DNA of 64,000 nucleotides from Pelagibacterales bacterium MED-G42 (GCA_002457485.1 NTJL01000002.1:7188-71187), one strand, 5' to 3'. Shown: positions 1 to 8,916, counted from the stretch's first letter. Program-made: numbers and translations. The notes: generated from the letters alone by a model not told the origin.

Positions 1-142
1 CTAGATATTCTTTAGCTGGATAACACATTGGGGCACTGCCATCACAACAACCTCCTGACTGATGAAAAAGCAAATCTTCACCATGTGTTGCTTTAAGCTC
101 TTTGATTAACTCAAGTGCTGAATTTGTTGCTGAAACTTTCAT
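1..142 (-). CDS. DUF779 family protein (5' part; truncated by window edge)
   Basis: Manual translation from ATG at 142: MKVSATNSALELIKELKATHGEDLLFHQSGGCCDGSAPMCYPAKEYL. FHQSGGCCDGSxPMC is the DUF779 signature. Lies downstream of an aldehyde dehydrogenase, its usual neighbour. Not in the ORF track. Confidence 0.85.
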   Translation of the reverse strand, partial: MKVSATNSALELIKELKATHGEDLLFHQSGGCCDGSAPMCYPAKEYL

Positions 143-147
143 TTTAT

Positions 148-172
148 ATGGCCCGCATTTAATACGGGCCAT
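148..172 (-). terminator. GC-rich stem-loop between aldehyde dehydrogenase and DUF779 (terminator or mRNA-stabilising hairpin)
   Basis: Minus strand ATGGCCCGTAT-TAA-ATGCGGGCCAT gives an 11-bp stem with one G-U pair. No U-tract follows on the minus strand. Confidence 0.55.
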
Positions 173-185
173 TATAATATATCTA

Positions 186-1928
186 TTAAAAGAAACCTAA
201 TTTATTTTCTGCGTAAGACACATGTAGATTTTTATTTTGTCTATAGTGATTTAGCATCATTTTGTGAGTTTCTCTTCCAACACCAGATTGTTTATATCCT
301 CCAAATGGTGAGTGCGCAGGGTAAGCATGATAACAATTTGTCCATACAATACCTGCTTGAATAGCTCTTCCCATTCTGTAAGCTATGTTTCCATTTCTAG
401 TCCAAACTCCAGCACCAAGTCCGTAAAGAGTATCATTTGCAATTTCTAATGCATGAGCCTCATCTTTAAACTTTGTGACTGAAACAACAGGACCAAAAAT
501 TTCTTCTTGGAAGATTCTCATCTTGTTGTCACCTTCAAAAATAGTTGGCTGGATATAGTTTCCTGTTTCCAGACCACTATTTAGTTTTGCAACTTCTCCA
601 CCACATAGAACTTTGGCTCCTTCTTTTTTACCTAAATCTAAATAAGATTTGATTTTTTCCATTTGTTCTACTGAAGCTTGTGCACCTATCATAGTCTCCA
701 TTTTTAAAGGATTGTCTTGAACTACAGCTTTTGTTCTAGCAATAACTTTTTCCATGAATTTATCATAGATCGATTCTTGGACTAATGCTCTACTTGGACA
801 GGTACAAACTTCACCTTGGTTCAAGTTAAACATTACAAATCCTTCGACACATTTATCTAGAAAGGCGTCATCTTTTTCCATAACATCTTCAAAGAAAATA
901 TTCGGAGATTTTCCACCTAATTCTAATGTGATTGGAATTAGATTTTGAGCTGCATATTGCATGATTAATCTACCAGTAGTTGTTTCTCCAGTAAAAGCAA
1001 TTTTAGCAATTCTTTTTGAAGATGCTAAAGGTTTTCCTGCTTCTAAACCAAAGCCACTTACTACATTGACTACTCCTGGTGGTAATAGATCTCCTATTAA
1101 TTCCATCATTAACATAATAGATGCTGGGGTTTGTTCTGCTGGTTTAATAACTGAACAATTTCCTGCAGCTAATGCTGGAGCTAATTTCCAAGTTGCCATT
1201 AGTAATGGGAAGTTCCACGGAACAATTTGACCAACTACACCTAAAGGCTCAGGTATGTTGTAAGAGTATTGTGAGTTACTTATCTCAGCAATCGAGCCTT
1301 CTTCTGCTCTAATTACTCCTGCAAAATATCTCCAATGATCTATTACTAATGGTAGATCAGCCGCCATACACTCTCTAATTGGTTTTCCGTTATCTAAACA
1401 TTCTGCTGTTGCAAGAAGATTAAGATTTTTTTCTAATACATCAGCTATCTTGTTTAAGATGTTTGATCTTGTTGTAATGTCAGTTTTTCCCCATTCCTTA
1501 AAAGCTGCATGTGCGGCGTCTAATGCTGCATCTACATCTTTTGTATCAGATCTTGGCACCTGACATATAACCTCGTTATTAATAGGACTTACATTGTCAA
1601 AGTATTTACCTGATTTTGGTTCGACAAACTTTCCATTAATATAATTTCCATATTTTTTTTTATACGGAAATGGTACTTTTAAGTGAGAAGTATCTAACGA
1701 AGCAGATACACCACTTTTAACTGTCTCTGTACTCATTTTTTTTATCCCTCTCTTTGTTTTTACTTTTTTAAGTCTATTTGTTTTTTTACTTTTTTTTAAC
1801 TTCTTCTCAGTCGCAGACTTTTTTGTCACAACCTTTTTAAGTTTTTTATCTTTTTTCTTGGATCGTTTAGCTAATTTTTTTCTTTTTTTAGCTTTTGGTT
1901 TTGCTATTTTTTTTTTCTTAATAGCCAT
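186..1928 (-). CDS. aldB: NAD-dependent aldehyde dehydrogenase (AldB/ExaC-like acetaldehyde dehydrogenase) with Lys-rich N-terminal extension; second SD-led start at 1736
   Basis: Motifs [18 protein letters not shown], catalytic Cys in [29 protein letters not shown] precedes ATG 1736 (MSTETV...). The 64 upstream codons stay in frame. Confidence 0.9.
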   Translation of the reverse strand: MAIKKKKIAKPKAKKRKKLAKRSKKKDKKLKKVVTKKSATEKKLKKSKKTNRLKKVKTKRGIKKMSTETVKSGVSASLDTSHLKVPFPYKKKYGNYINGKFVEPKSGKYFDNVSPINNEVICQVPRSDTKDVDAALDAAHAAFKEWGKTDITTRSNILNKIADVLEKNLNLLATAECLDNGKPIRECMAADLPLVIDHWRYFAGVIRAEEGSIAEISNSQYSYNIPEPLGVVGQIVPWNFPLLMATWKLAPALAAGNCSVIKPAEQTPASIMLMMELIGDLLPPGVVNVVSGFGLEAGKPLASSKRIAKIAFTGETTTGRLIMQYAAQNLIPITLELGGKSPNIFFEDVMEKDDAFLDKCVEGFVMFNLNQGEVCTCPSRALVQESIYDKFMEKVIARTKAVVQDNPLKMETMIGAQASVEQMEKIKSYLDLGKKEGAKVLCGGEVAKLNSGLETGNYIQPTIFEGDNKMRIFQEEIFGPVVSVTKFKDEAHALEIANDTLYGLGAGVWTRNGNIAYRMGRAIQAGIVWTNCYHAYPAHSPFGGYKQSGVGRETHKMMLNHYRQNKNLHVSYAENKLGFF

Positions 1929-1933
1929 TAATC

Positions 1934-1962
1934 ATTAAACTAACAATTGAGCTTGAAGTCTA
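1934..1962 (-). promoter_or_regulatory. Putative sigma70 promoter giving a leaderless transcript of the long ALDH form
   Basis: Minus strand TAGACT-N17-TTTAAT-N5-ATG(1928); no SD before ATG 1928. Confidence 0.4.
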
Positions 1963-2000
1963 TTTATATGATTTTTAATTTCTACTTATAATTGAATTTA

Positions 2001-2016
2001 ATACTATATCTTGTGG
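2001..2016. promoter_or_regulatory. NrdR-box-like site overlapping the putative promoter of the DUF1244 gene
   Basis: ATACTATATCTTGTGG matches acaCwAtATaTwGtgt at 13/16 positions, including all strongly conserved ones. It overlaps an extended -10, TGgTATGAT (2014-2022). Confidence 0.45.
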
Positions 2017-2044
2017 TATGATTAAAAGTGACTAATATTTTTTT

Positions 2045-2290
2045 ATGAATGAAAATCAAAAAAAAGAATTGCAGTCTGCTACATTTAAAAGATTGTTAGA
2101 ACATTTAGACAGTAGAAAAGATGTTCAAAATATTGACCTAATGAATTTGGCAGGGTTCTGTAGGAATTGTTTATCTAGGTGGTACAGAGAAGAGGCAGAA
2201 AAAAAAGGAATTACAATTTCAGATCCGGATGCAAGAAACCACATATATGGAATGCCTTATTCAGAATGGAAGGAAAAATTTCAAAAATAA
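2045..2290 (+). CDS. DUF1244 family protein
   Basis: RKDVQNIDLMNLAGFCRNCLSRWY and YGMPYSEWK motifs typical of DUF1244. Confidence 0.85.
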   Translation: MNENQKKELQSATFKRLLEHLDSRKDVQNIDLMNLAGFCRNCLSRWYREEAEKKGITISDPDARNHIYGMPYSEWKEKFQK

Positions 2291-2791
2291 TTATTTTTCT
2301 TTTAATCTAGGAAATAGTTCAACAAAATTACATGGTTTATTATTTATATCTAACTGATATTTTAAAATTCCATCCCAAGCATCTGTTACTCCACCTGAAG
2401 AACCTGGTAAAGCAAAAATATATTTACCATTCGATAATGCTGCACAAGCTCTAGATTGCATAGCAGATGTACCAACAGTTTTTAAGCTAATATTTCTAAA
2501 AACTTCTCCAAATCCTGGTATATGTTTGTCAGCAATTTCATTAACTGCCTCAGGAGTAATATCTCTACCTGTTAAACCTGTTCCACCAGTAGTTATGATT
2601 ACGTCTATATCTTTATTAGTTGTCCATTCTTTAAATATTGAGACAATATCATCTTTATTATCTTTACAAATTTTTCTATCAACTAATTTATGATTTGCTT
2701 CTTTAATTTTTTTCACAAGAATAGCCCCAGATTTATCATTATCAAAAGTCCTTGTATCTGTTACTGTCAATAAAGCTATATTTACGATCAT
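2291..2791 (-). CDS. moaB: Molybdenum cofactor biosynthesis protein MoaB/Mog
   Basis: TVTDTR...DKSG, TTGGTGLTGRDITPEA, LPGS, PCNFVEL motifs. Confidence 0.9.
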   Translation of the reverse strand: MIVNIALLTVTDTRTFDNDKSGAILVKKIKEANHKLVDRKICKDNKDDIVSIFKEWTTNKDIDVIITTGGTGLTGRDITPEAVNEIADKHIPGFGEVFRNISLKTVGTSAMQSRACAALSNGKYIFALPGSSGGVTDAWDGILKYQLDINNKPCNFVELFPRLKEK

Positions 2792-2805
2792 TATAAATTT
2801 TTAAT

Positions 2806-3552
2806 ATGACTATATTATCAATATTTTTTTTTATAACAGCAATTTTATATTCAAGCGTAGGGTTTGGTGGTGGGTCTACCTATTTGGCATTAATGATTAT
2901 TTTGGATGTCCCATACTATATTTTTCCAATAATAGCATTGATCTGTAATATCATAGTCGTTTCAGGTAATTCTGTGAACTATATTAGATCTGGTAATCTT
3001 AATTTAAGATTATTATTACCTTATCTTGCAGGATCAATACCGTTTGCTTTTTTTGGTGCCTCTATATTAATTGAAAAAGAGTTTTTCGAATTATTATTAT
3101 TTTTTGTTTTACTTATAGCAGGAGTTTTTTTGCTAATTGAAAGCAAATCTTTTAATAGTGAAAATTTTCAGATTAAGAAAGTACCAATTTTTTTATCAGT
3201 AATTATTGGTTCAATTCTAGGATTTATATCTGGAATAGTAGGAATTGGAGGAGGAATATTTTTAAGTCCAATTTTGTACTTATTAAAATCTGGATATCCT
3301 AAACAGATTGCAACAACTGCATCATTATTTATTTTAATTAATTCTCTTTTTGGAATTGCTGGTCAATTAACAAAAGATAGAACATATTATGAATTTTTAG
3401 ATTACTGGCCACTCTTTGTTGTTGTGCTTATAGGTGGTCTAATAGGAAATATATTAAACCTTAAATTTTTTTCAAATAAAACTCTAGTGATAATTACTGC
3501 AGTATTGGTAATTTTTGTTTCAGTAAGAATGGGTTTTAAATTATTTTCTTAA
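2806..3552 (+). CDS. Sulfite exporter TauE/SafE family membrane protein
   Basis: Two repeated GxGGG motifs (SSVGFGGGS, GIVGIGGGIF) and about 8 hydrophobic segments. Confidence 0.85.
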   Translation: MTILSIFFFITAILYSSVGFGGGSTYLALMIILDVPYYIFPIIALICNIIVVSGNSVNYIRSGNLNLRLLLPYLAGSIPFAFFGASILIEKEFFELLLFFVLLIAGVFLLIESKSFNSENFQIKKVPIFLSVIIGSILGFISGIVGIGGGIFLSPILYLLKSGYPKQIATTASLFILINSLFGIAGQLTKDRTYYEFLDYWPLFVVVLIGGLIGNILNLKFFSNKTLVIITAVLVIFVSVRMGFKLFS

Positions 3553-3592
3553 AGTTGATAAAATCTATTTAATTAATATATTCAATATTATC

Positions 3593-4183
3593 ATGAAAAA
3601 TATTAAACCATTTGGTCCTTCAATAGGAAAAGGTAAATTATCAAAAAAATTTATAAATAAACTGAATGATGAGTTTGATTTTAAATCAAACTCAAAAAAA
3701 ATTGACTATAGTTCAAAATTAGCAAGTCAAATTAAAAACGAAGTTAAAATTTCAAATCAATTTATCAAAAAAAATTTGGAAAAAGAAATTAAAATTCTTA
3801 CTCGTAAATTTTTAGCAAAAGAAAAAATAGGCAATGTTAAAAAAATAAATATTCTTAATCTCTGGGTAGTCCGTCAATTTAAAGGTGAATATAATCCTAT
3901 ACATTACCATGAAGGAGATCTTTCTGGTGTAGGTTATCTAAAATTACCAAAAAATATGACAAATAATAAATTGGTAAGAAATAAAAAGTCTAAAACGAAT
4001 GGAACTATAGATTTTATTAATGGACAAAAGGGATTTTTAAGTAAAAGTATTTATAATTTAATCCCCAAAGTTAATGATTTATTAATTTTTCCTAATTATT
4101 TGATGCATACCGCTTATCCTTTTAATGTTGAGGGTGAACGAAGATCTTTTTCTTTCAATATAAAACTTACATTTAAAAAATAG
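3593..4183 (+). CDS. Putative 2OG-Fe(II) oxygenase (TIGR02466-like)
   Basis: W...YNPIHYH...LSGVGYL and FPNYLMHTAYPF...ERRSFSFN, giving HxH...H and R-x-S motifs. Confidence 0.7.
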   Translation: MKNIKPFGPSIGKGKLSKKFINKLNDEFDFKSNSKKIDYSSKLASQIKNEVKISNQFIKKNLEKEIKILTRKFLAKEKIGNVKKINILNLWVVRQFKGEYNPIHYHEGDLSGVGYLKLPKNMTNNKLVRNKKSKTNGTIDFINGQKGFLSKSIYNLIPKVNDLLIFPNYLMHTAYPFNVEGERRSFSFNIKLTFKK

Positions 4184-4218
4184 TTTATCTAACCCTATAA
4201 AAATTTTATATTTCCCAG

Positions 4219-5136
4219 ATGGATAAAAATTTTTTTAATCAAATAAGAATTCTAGATGGTGGAATGGGCCAAGAACTTTTAGCAAAAGGATTAATTTCAA
4301 AAGGTACACTGTGGTCTGCTAGCGCAAATTTAGATAAAAAATTTCATGATTTAGTTATAGATCTTCATTTATCATATATTAATTCTGGTGCTGATGTAAT
4401 TGTTACCAATACATTTTCTGCAAGAAGAATTAGATTAATTCAAAATAAAGTAAATGAACACTTTAAATATATTAATGAACAAGCGTGTATGCTTGCAATC
4501 AAAGCAAAAAGTAAATCTACGAAAAATATTCTAATAGCAGGAAGTTTACCAAGTCAAAGAGATACCTATGTAGAAGATAAGCGTGAAACTAATGAAATAG
4601 AAAAAGATTTTCTAGATCAAGCTATTATAATTAATCCCCATGTAGATTTTTTTTATTTAGATGTTTTATCAAGTGGTAAAGAATTAGATATAGCCTCCAA
4701 TGTTGCTGCTAAACTTAATAAACCTATTTTAGCAGGAATTCATTTAAAAAAAAATTGCTTACTTCCTTCAGGTGAAACAATTACAGAGGTTGTAAAAAAA
4801 TATAAAAACGAAAATTGGCTTGGTTTAATAGGCGCATGCATATCCCCAGAAATAGTTGAAAAATCTATTGATGAGTTAAGTGAAATGAATTTACCTTTTG
4901 GGTTTAAAGCGAATTTATGGGAAATAGATGAACCAGGACCCCAACAAACTTTCAACAATGCTAAACATGATGAAATTGGTACAAATCCTAATGTGGCATT
5001 TGGAAAAAGGGACAAATATAGTGCAGAATTATTTTACAAATTTTCTCAAAAAATTATTAAAAAAGGTGCCACTATTCTTGGTGGATGTTGCGAAACAATA
5101 CCAGCACATATTAGAGAAATCTCTAAATTAAAGTGA
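4219..5136 (+). CDS. Homocysteine S-methyltransferase family protein (MmuM/BHMT-like)
   Basis: ILDGGMGQEL, LWSA, GADVIVTNTF; Zn ligands in GACI and GGCCE. Confidence 0.85.
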   Translation: MDKNFFNQIRILDGGMGQELLAKGLISKGTLWSASANLDKKFHDLVIDLHLSYINSGADVIVTNTFSARRIRLIQNKVNEHFKYINEQACMLAIKAKSKSTKNILIAGSLPSQRDTYVEDKRETNEIEKDFLDQAIIINPHVDFFYLDVLSSGKELDIASNVAAKLNKPILAGIHLKKNCLLPSGETITEVVKKYKNENWLGLIGACISPEIVEKSIDELSEMNLPFGFKANLWEIDEPGPQQTFNNAKHDEIGTNPNVAFGKRDKYSAELFYKFSQKIIKKGATILGGCCETIPAHIREISKLK

Positions 5137-6015
5137 TTTATTATTATTAGCTTTTCCTACAAAATAAATTCCAACTGAAACAGCAACCAGAGAAATTAAT
5201 ACTTTAATAGTAATCAATTCTTTTAAAAATATATAGCTTAATATAGTTCCAAAAATAGGTATTAGATAAGAAACTTGAGATTGAAAAATTAAGCCATTTT
5301 TTTTTAAAATCTTAAATCTTAATAACCAGGCAAATCCTGTTGCTACAATTCCAAGATAAATAACCGATATAGTTGAGTCTATTCTTGGTATAGTTTGCCA
5401 AGGTTGTTCCATGAAGCTTACAAGAGGAATTAAGATTATAATTGCCCATATCAAAATAGAGCCTGTTACATTTTCGTTTTTTTTTTTACTTATTTTAAGA
5501 GTTAATACTCCTCCGACCACATAGCATGTTGAGCCTAGTAAAATTAATAAAGCTGAAATAAAATTGTTTTCGTTAATCAATATATTATCAGAAAATAAAA
5601 AAATGATTCCAAAGAAACCAATTAAGATACCAATTGTTTTAATTAAATTAAATTTTTCATTCTTAGTATAAAGATGACCCAATACGGTTGAGCTTAATGG
5701 AGTTGTAGACATTAAAATTGCTGCTAGGTTACTTTGTACTGATTTAACTCCATATGCTATTAAGAAAAATGGAGCTACAAGATTTATAAACCCAATCATA
5801 GCAAACCAATGCCAATCTTTAGAAAATGCCTCTATTTTAATTTTCTTAACATAACAAAGAAATAAAACTGGAAATGCTCCAAAAAAAACTCTCAAAAATG
5901 CGATCGTTACTGGTCCAAAAGAATAAGTCGCTATTTTAATATTGAAAAAAGCAGAAGCCCAAATCAAAGCTAAAATAGTTAATAAAATATAATCTATTAA
6001 TTTTGGTTGTTTCAT
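5128..6015 (-). CDS. DMT/EamA family transporter
   Basis: About 10 TM segments; IWASAF, AFLRV, YLIPIFG patterns. Confidence 0.85.
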   Translation of the reverse strand: MKQPKLIDYILLTILALIWASAFFNIKIATYSFGPVTIAFLRVFFGAFPVLFLCYVKKIKIEAFSKDWHWFAMIGFINLVAPFFLIAYGVKSVQSNLAAILMSTTPLSSTVLGHLYTKNEKFNLIKTIGILIGFFGIIFLFSDNILINENNFISALLILLGSTCYVVGGVLTLKISKKKNENVTGSILIWAIIILIPLVSFMEQPWQTIPRIDSTISVIYLGIVATGFAWLLRFKILKKNGLIFQSQVSYLIPIFGTILSYIFLKELITIKVLISLVAVSVGIYFVGKANNNKSL

Positions 6016-6494
6016 TCAGTTATTTCTTGAATTTCACCTAAAGTTATTTTTGTTAATTTATCAAATTCTATTTTAAACACGCAATTCGGATGTCCTGCTG
6101 CAGCAAAAACAGATGAAAATTTCTTTAAATTGGTATCTATGTAGATTTTAATTTTGACTAAATGACCTATAGGTGAAACTCCACCGATTGTATAGCCAGT
6201 AATTTTTTTTACATTTTCTGGGCTAGCCATAGAAACATCATTCTTACTCAACAATTTTTTTAATTTATTTAGAGAGCACCTCTTATCACCAGATACAAGA
6301 CATAAAATATATTCTTCACCAGTCTTAAAAAGTAAACTTTTAACTATGGCCCCAATATTACAACCTAAAGCTGTAGCAGCATCATGTGCTGTTCTTGCTG
6401 TTTTCTCCAGGTAAATAATTTTAAGATTTGGATCAAATATTTTTAGCAATTTTTCAACTCTTTTAACGGGCTCTTTATCTAGAATTTTATTCAC
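6012..6494 (-). CDS. YbaK/EbsC family aminoacyl-tRNA deacylase
   Basis: IVKSLLF, TGYTIGGVSPIGH, AAAGHP motifs; GTG start. Confidence 0.85.
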   Translation of the reverse strand: MNKILDKEPVKRVEKLLKIFDPNLKIIYLEKTARTAHDAATALGCNIGAIVKSLLFKTGEEYILCLVSGDKRCSLNKLKKLLSKNDVSMASPENVKKITGYTIGGVSPIGHLVKIKIYIDTNLKKFSSVFAAAGHPNCVFKIEFDKLTKITLGEIQEITE

Positions 6495-6631
6495 TGAAAA
6501 AATTATTTTTTTAAATGTTATTGCATAAATACATTACTTATGTGAAAATTGCATAGGTGTTATTTATTAAATAAGCAATATTTATCAGTATTATTTTGTT
6601 AATTATCACTCAAAATTATATAGGAGACAAA

Positions 6632-8038
6632 ATGAGCGCAGCAAATGTATTAAAATTTATTAAAGAAAAAGAAGCAGAATTCGTAGATCTAAGATTTACT
6701 GACCCAAGAGGAAAACTTCAACATTTAACTATGGATGCAGGCATTGTTGATGAGGGCATGTTGAATGAAGGTGTATTTTTTGATGGATCTTCTATCGCTG
6801 GTTGGAAAGCTATTAATGAGTCAGACATGATTTTAAAACCAGACACTGCAAGAATGTTTATGGATCCTTTTACTTCTCATAATACTGTTGTTTTGTTTTG
6901 TGATATTTTAGACGCTGTAAAGAAAAATCCTTACGAAAGAGACCCAAGAGGTGTTGCTAAAAAAGCAGAAGAGTATTTAAAAGCTTCTGGGATTGGTGAT
7001 AAAGCTTTTTTTGGTCCAGAACCAGAATTTTTTGTATTTGACGACGTAAGAATTAAAAATGACATGAATGAATGTGGTTTTAAGATCGATAGTAAAGAAG
7101 GTCCATATAACTCTGGGAAAGAATATGAAAGTGGAAATATGGGTCACAGACCTCCGATAAAAGGTGGATATTTTCCTGTGCCACCTGTTGATAGTGAGCA
7201 AGATATGAGAGGTGAATATTTAAAAAACTTAAAAGAAGTTGGAATTAAAGTTGAAAAACACCATCATGAAGTAGCTCCAAGTCAGCATGAGCTTGGAATG
7301 TACTTTGGAACTTTAGTAGATCAAGCAGATAATGTTCAATTATATAAATATGTAGTACAAATGGTTACTCATTCATTCGGTAAAACAGCTACGTTTATGC
7401 CTAAGCCTGTTGCTGGTGATAATGGTTCAGGTATGCACATTCACCAATCTATTTGGAAAGGTGATACTCCAGTATTTTCTGGGGATGCTTATGCTGGCTT
7501 ATCTGAAACAGCTCTTCATTATATTGGTGGAATTTTAAAACATGCTAAAGCAATAAACGCTTTTGCTAACTCTACTACTAATAGTTATAAAAGACTAATT
7601 CCAGGTTTTGAAGCTCCGGTTCTTCTAGCTTATTCTGCTAGAAATAGATCTGCGTCTTGTCGTATACCAATTACTTTAAGCAAAAAAGGTGCTAGATGTG
7701 AAATTAGATTTCCTGATGCATCTGGAAATCCATATTTAACTTTTGCTGCAATGCTTATGGCTGGTCTCGATGGAATTAAAAATAAAATTCATCCAGGTGA
7801 ATCTTTTGATAAAGATTTATATGAACTACCACCCGAGGAAGTTAAAGCTATACCAACTGTTTGTGGTTCTTTAAGAGAAGCAATGGAAAATTTAGATAAA
7901 GATAGAGAATTTTTAACTCAAGGTGATGTGTTTACAGATGATCAAATTGATGCATATATTGCACTTAAATTTGAGGAAATTCATAAATTTGAACATGCAC
8001 CTCATCCAGTAGAATTTGAAATGTATTACAGTAGTTAG
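6632..8038 (+). CDS. glnA: Glutamine synthetase type I
   Basis: FDGSSI, GPEPEFF, HHHEVA, ATFMPKP, DNGSGMH, RNRSA, and adenylylation loop [17 protein letters not shown] precedes ATG 6632; the ORF-track start 6596 is too long. Confidence 0.97.
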   Translation: MSAANVLKFIKEKEAEFVDLRFTDPRGKLQHLTMDAGIVDEGMLNEGVFFDGSSIAGWKAINESDMILKPDTARMFMDPFTSHNTVVLFCDILDAVKKNPYERDPRGVAKKAEEYLKASGIGDKAFFGPEPEFFVFDDVRIKNDMNECGFKIDSKEGPYNSGKEYESGNMGHRPPIKGGYFPVPPVDSEQDMRGEYLKNLKEVGIKVEKHHHEVAPSQHELGMYFGTLVDQADNVQLYKYVVQMVTHSFGKTATFMPKPVAGDNGSGMHIHQSIWKGDTPVFSGDAYAGLSETALHYIGGILKHAKAINAFANSTTNSYKRLIPGFEAPVLLAYSARNRSASCRIPITLSKKGARCEIRFPDASGNPYLTFAAMLMAGLDGIKNKIHPGESFDKDLYELPPEEVKAIPTVCGSLREAMENLDKDREFLTQGDVFTDDQIDAYIALKFEEIHKFEHAPHPVEFEMYYSS

Positions 8039-8045
8039 TAACTAG

Positions 8046-8216
8046 TTACTGTTTGGTAGTTGCAATTGTATCTTTGTTAATACCCTTTTTAACGACGTAG
8101 TCCTGTGTGCCGTTAGCACCAGTTTCTACTTCTTTTCTAAGGTCTTTAAAAAATGTCTTTTCTTTTAAAGAATTCTTTAAGTCTTTAACAAGATTTTTAA
8201 ATTCAAATTTATTCAT
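8046..8216 (-). CDS. Small hypothetical protein, 56 aa (GANGTQDY motif)
   Basis: Manual translation MNKFEFKNLVKDLKNSLKEKTFFKDLRKEVETGANGTQDYVVKKGINKDTIATTKQ. AAGGGA lies just upstream of the ATG. Fills an otherwise unusually large gap; below the ORF-track cutoff. Confidence 0.75.
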   Translation of the reverse strand: MNKFEFKNLVKDLKNSLKEKTFFKDLRKEVETGANGTQDYVVKKGINKDTIATTKQ

Positions 8217-8221
8217 ATCCC

Positions 8222-8250
8222 TTTATATAATAGATATGCATTTAATGCAA
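8222..8250 (-). promoter_or_regulatory. Putative promoter of the 56-aa gene with a palindrome over the -35
   Basis: Minus strand TTGCAT-N17-TATAAA; palindrome TGCATT-T-AATGCA at 8237-8249. Confidence 0.4.
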
Positions 8251-8279
8251 ATCAGGTATGTCCAAAATGGGACTTTAGA

Positions 8280-8615
8280 CTATTCTACTTTGAATGACTC
8301 CCCACAACCACAACGTTCAGTTTCATTAGGGTTGTTAAATACAAAAGTTGAGGATAATTCCTCTTTTTTGTAATCCATTTCAGTTCCAAGCAGATACATT
8401 ATAGCTGCAGAATCAACGAAGACTTTAACTCCTTTGTCTTCAATCACTTCATCATTTGGGTTTATCTCCTTGGTATATTCCATAACATAAGACATTCCTG
8501 CACATCCTCCTGACTTTACAGAAACTCTTACTCCTAAAGATTCTTTTTCAGCATTGGACATAATTTCTTTTATTCTTAACGCAGCGTTATCGCTTAATTT
8601 AATAATTGAGTTCAT
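8280..8615 (-). CDS. sufA: A-type Fe-S carrier (SufA/IscA, HesB family)
   Basis: GGCAGMSY and CGCGESF motifs. Confidence 0.92.
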   Translation of the reverse strand: MNSIIKLSDNAALRIKEIMSNAEKESLGVRVSVKSGGCAGMSYVMEYTKEINPNDEVIEDKGVKVFVDSAAIMYLLGTEMDYKKEELSSTFVFNNPNETERCGCGESFKVE

Positions 8616-8914
8616 TATAAATTTAACTCCAGTTTAGCTGCTTCTGACATCATATCTTTATTCCATGGAGGATCCCATACTAGTTCAAGATCAACATCTT
8701 CGATGCCTTCAACTTGCATTGCTCCTTCCTTTACTTCTTTAGGTAGACTTTCAGCCACTGGACAGTTGGGAGTAGTTAATGTCATTTTAATTTTAGCAAA
8801 TTTTTCATTTTCAACATTAATATCATAAATAAGTCCTAATTCATATATATTGACCGGTAATTCAGGATCATAAATTTTTCTAATTTCTTCAATAATTTGA
8901 TCTTTTTTAGACAT
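8615..8914 (-). CDS. sufT: SUF system Fe-S assembly factor (DUF59/SufT)
   Basis: DPELPVNIYELGLIY, MTLTTPNCP, WDPPW motifs. Confidence 0.9.
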   Translation of the reverse strand: MSKKDQIIEEIRKIYDPELPVNIYELGLIYDINVENEKFAKIKMTLTTPNCPVAESLPKEVKEGAMQVEGIEDVDLELVWDPPWNKDMMSEAAKLELNL

Positions 8915-8916
8915 AT

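Noticed and set aside
4184-4218. Possible SAM riboswitch upstream of the homocysteine methyltransferase
   Set aside because: The spacer is only 35 nt of AT-rich sequence with no recognisable SAM-II/SAM-V core. An Infernal scan would be needed to exclude one fully.
6495-6631. Glutamine riboswitch or sigma54/NtrC promoter before glnA
   Set aside because: No GC-paired three-way junction, no TGGCAC-N5-TTGC, and no TGCAC-N7-GTGCA.
8107-8373. 88-aa + strand ORF in the track
   Set aside because: Antisense to sufA and to the better-supported 56-aa minus-strand gene; GTG start without an SD.
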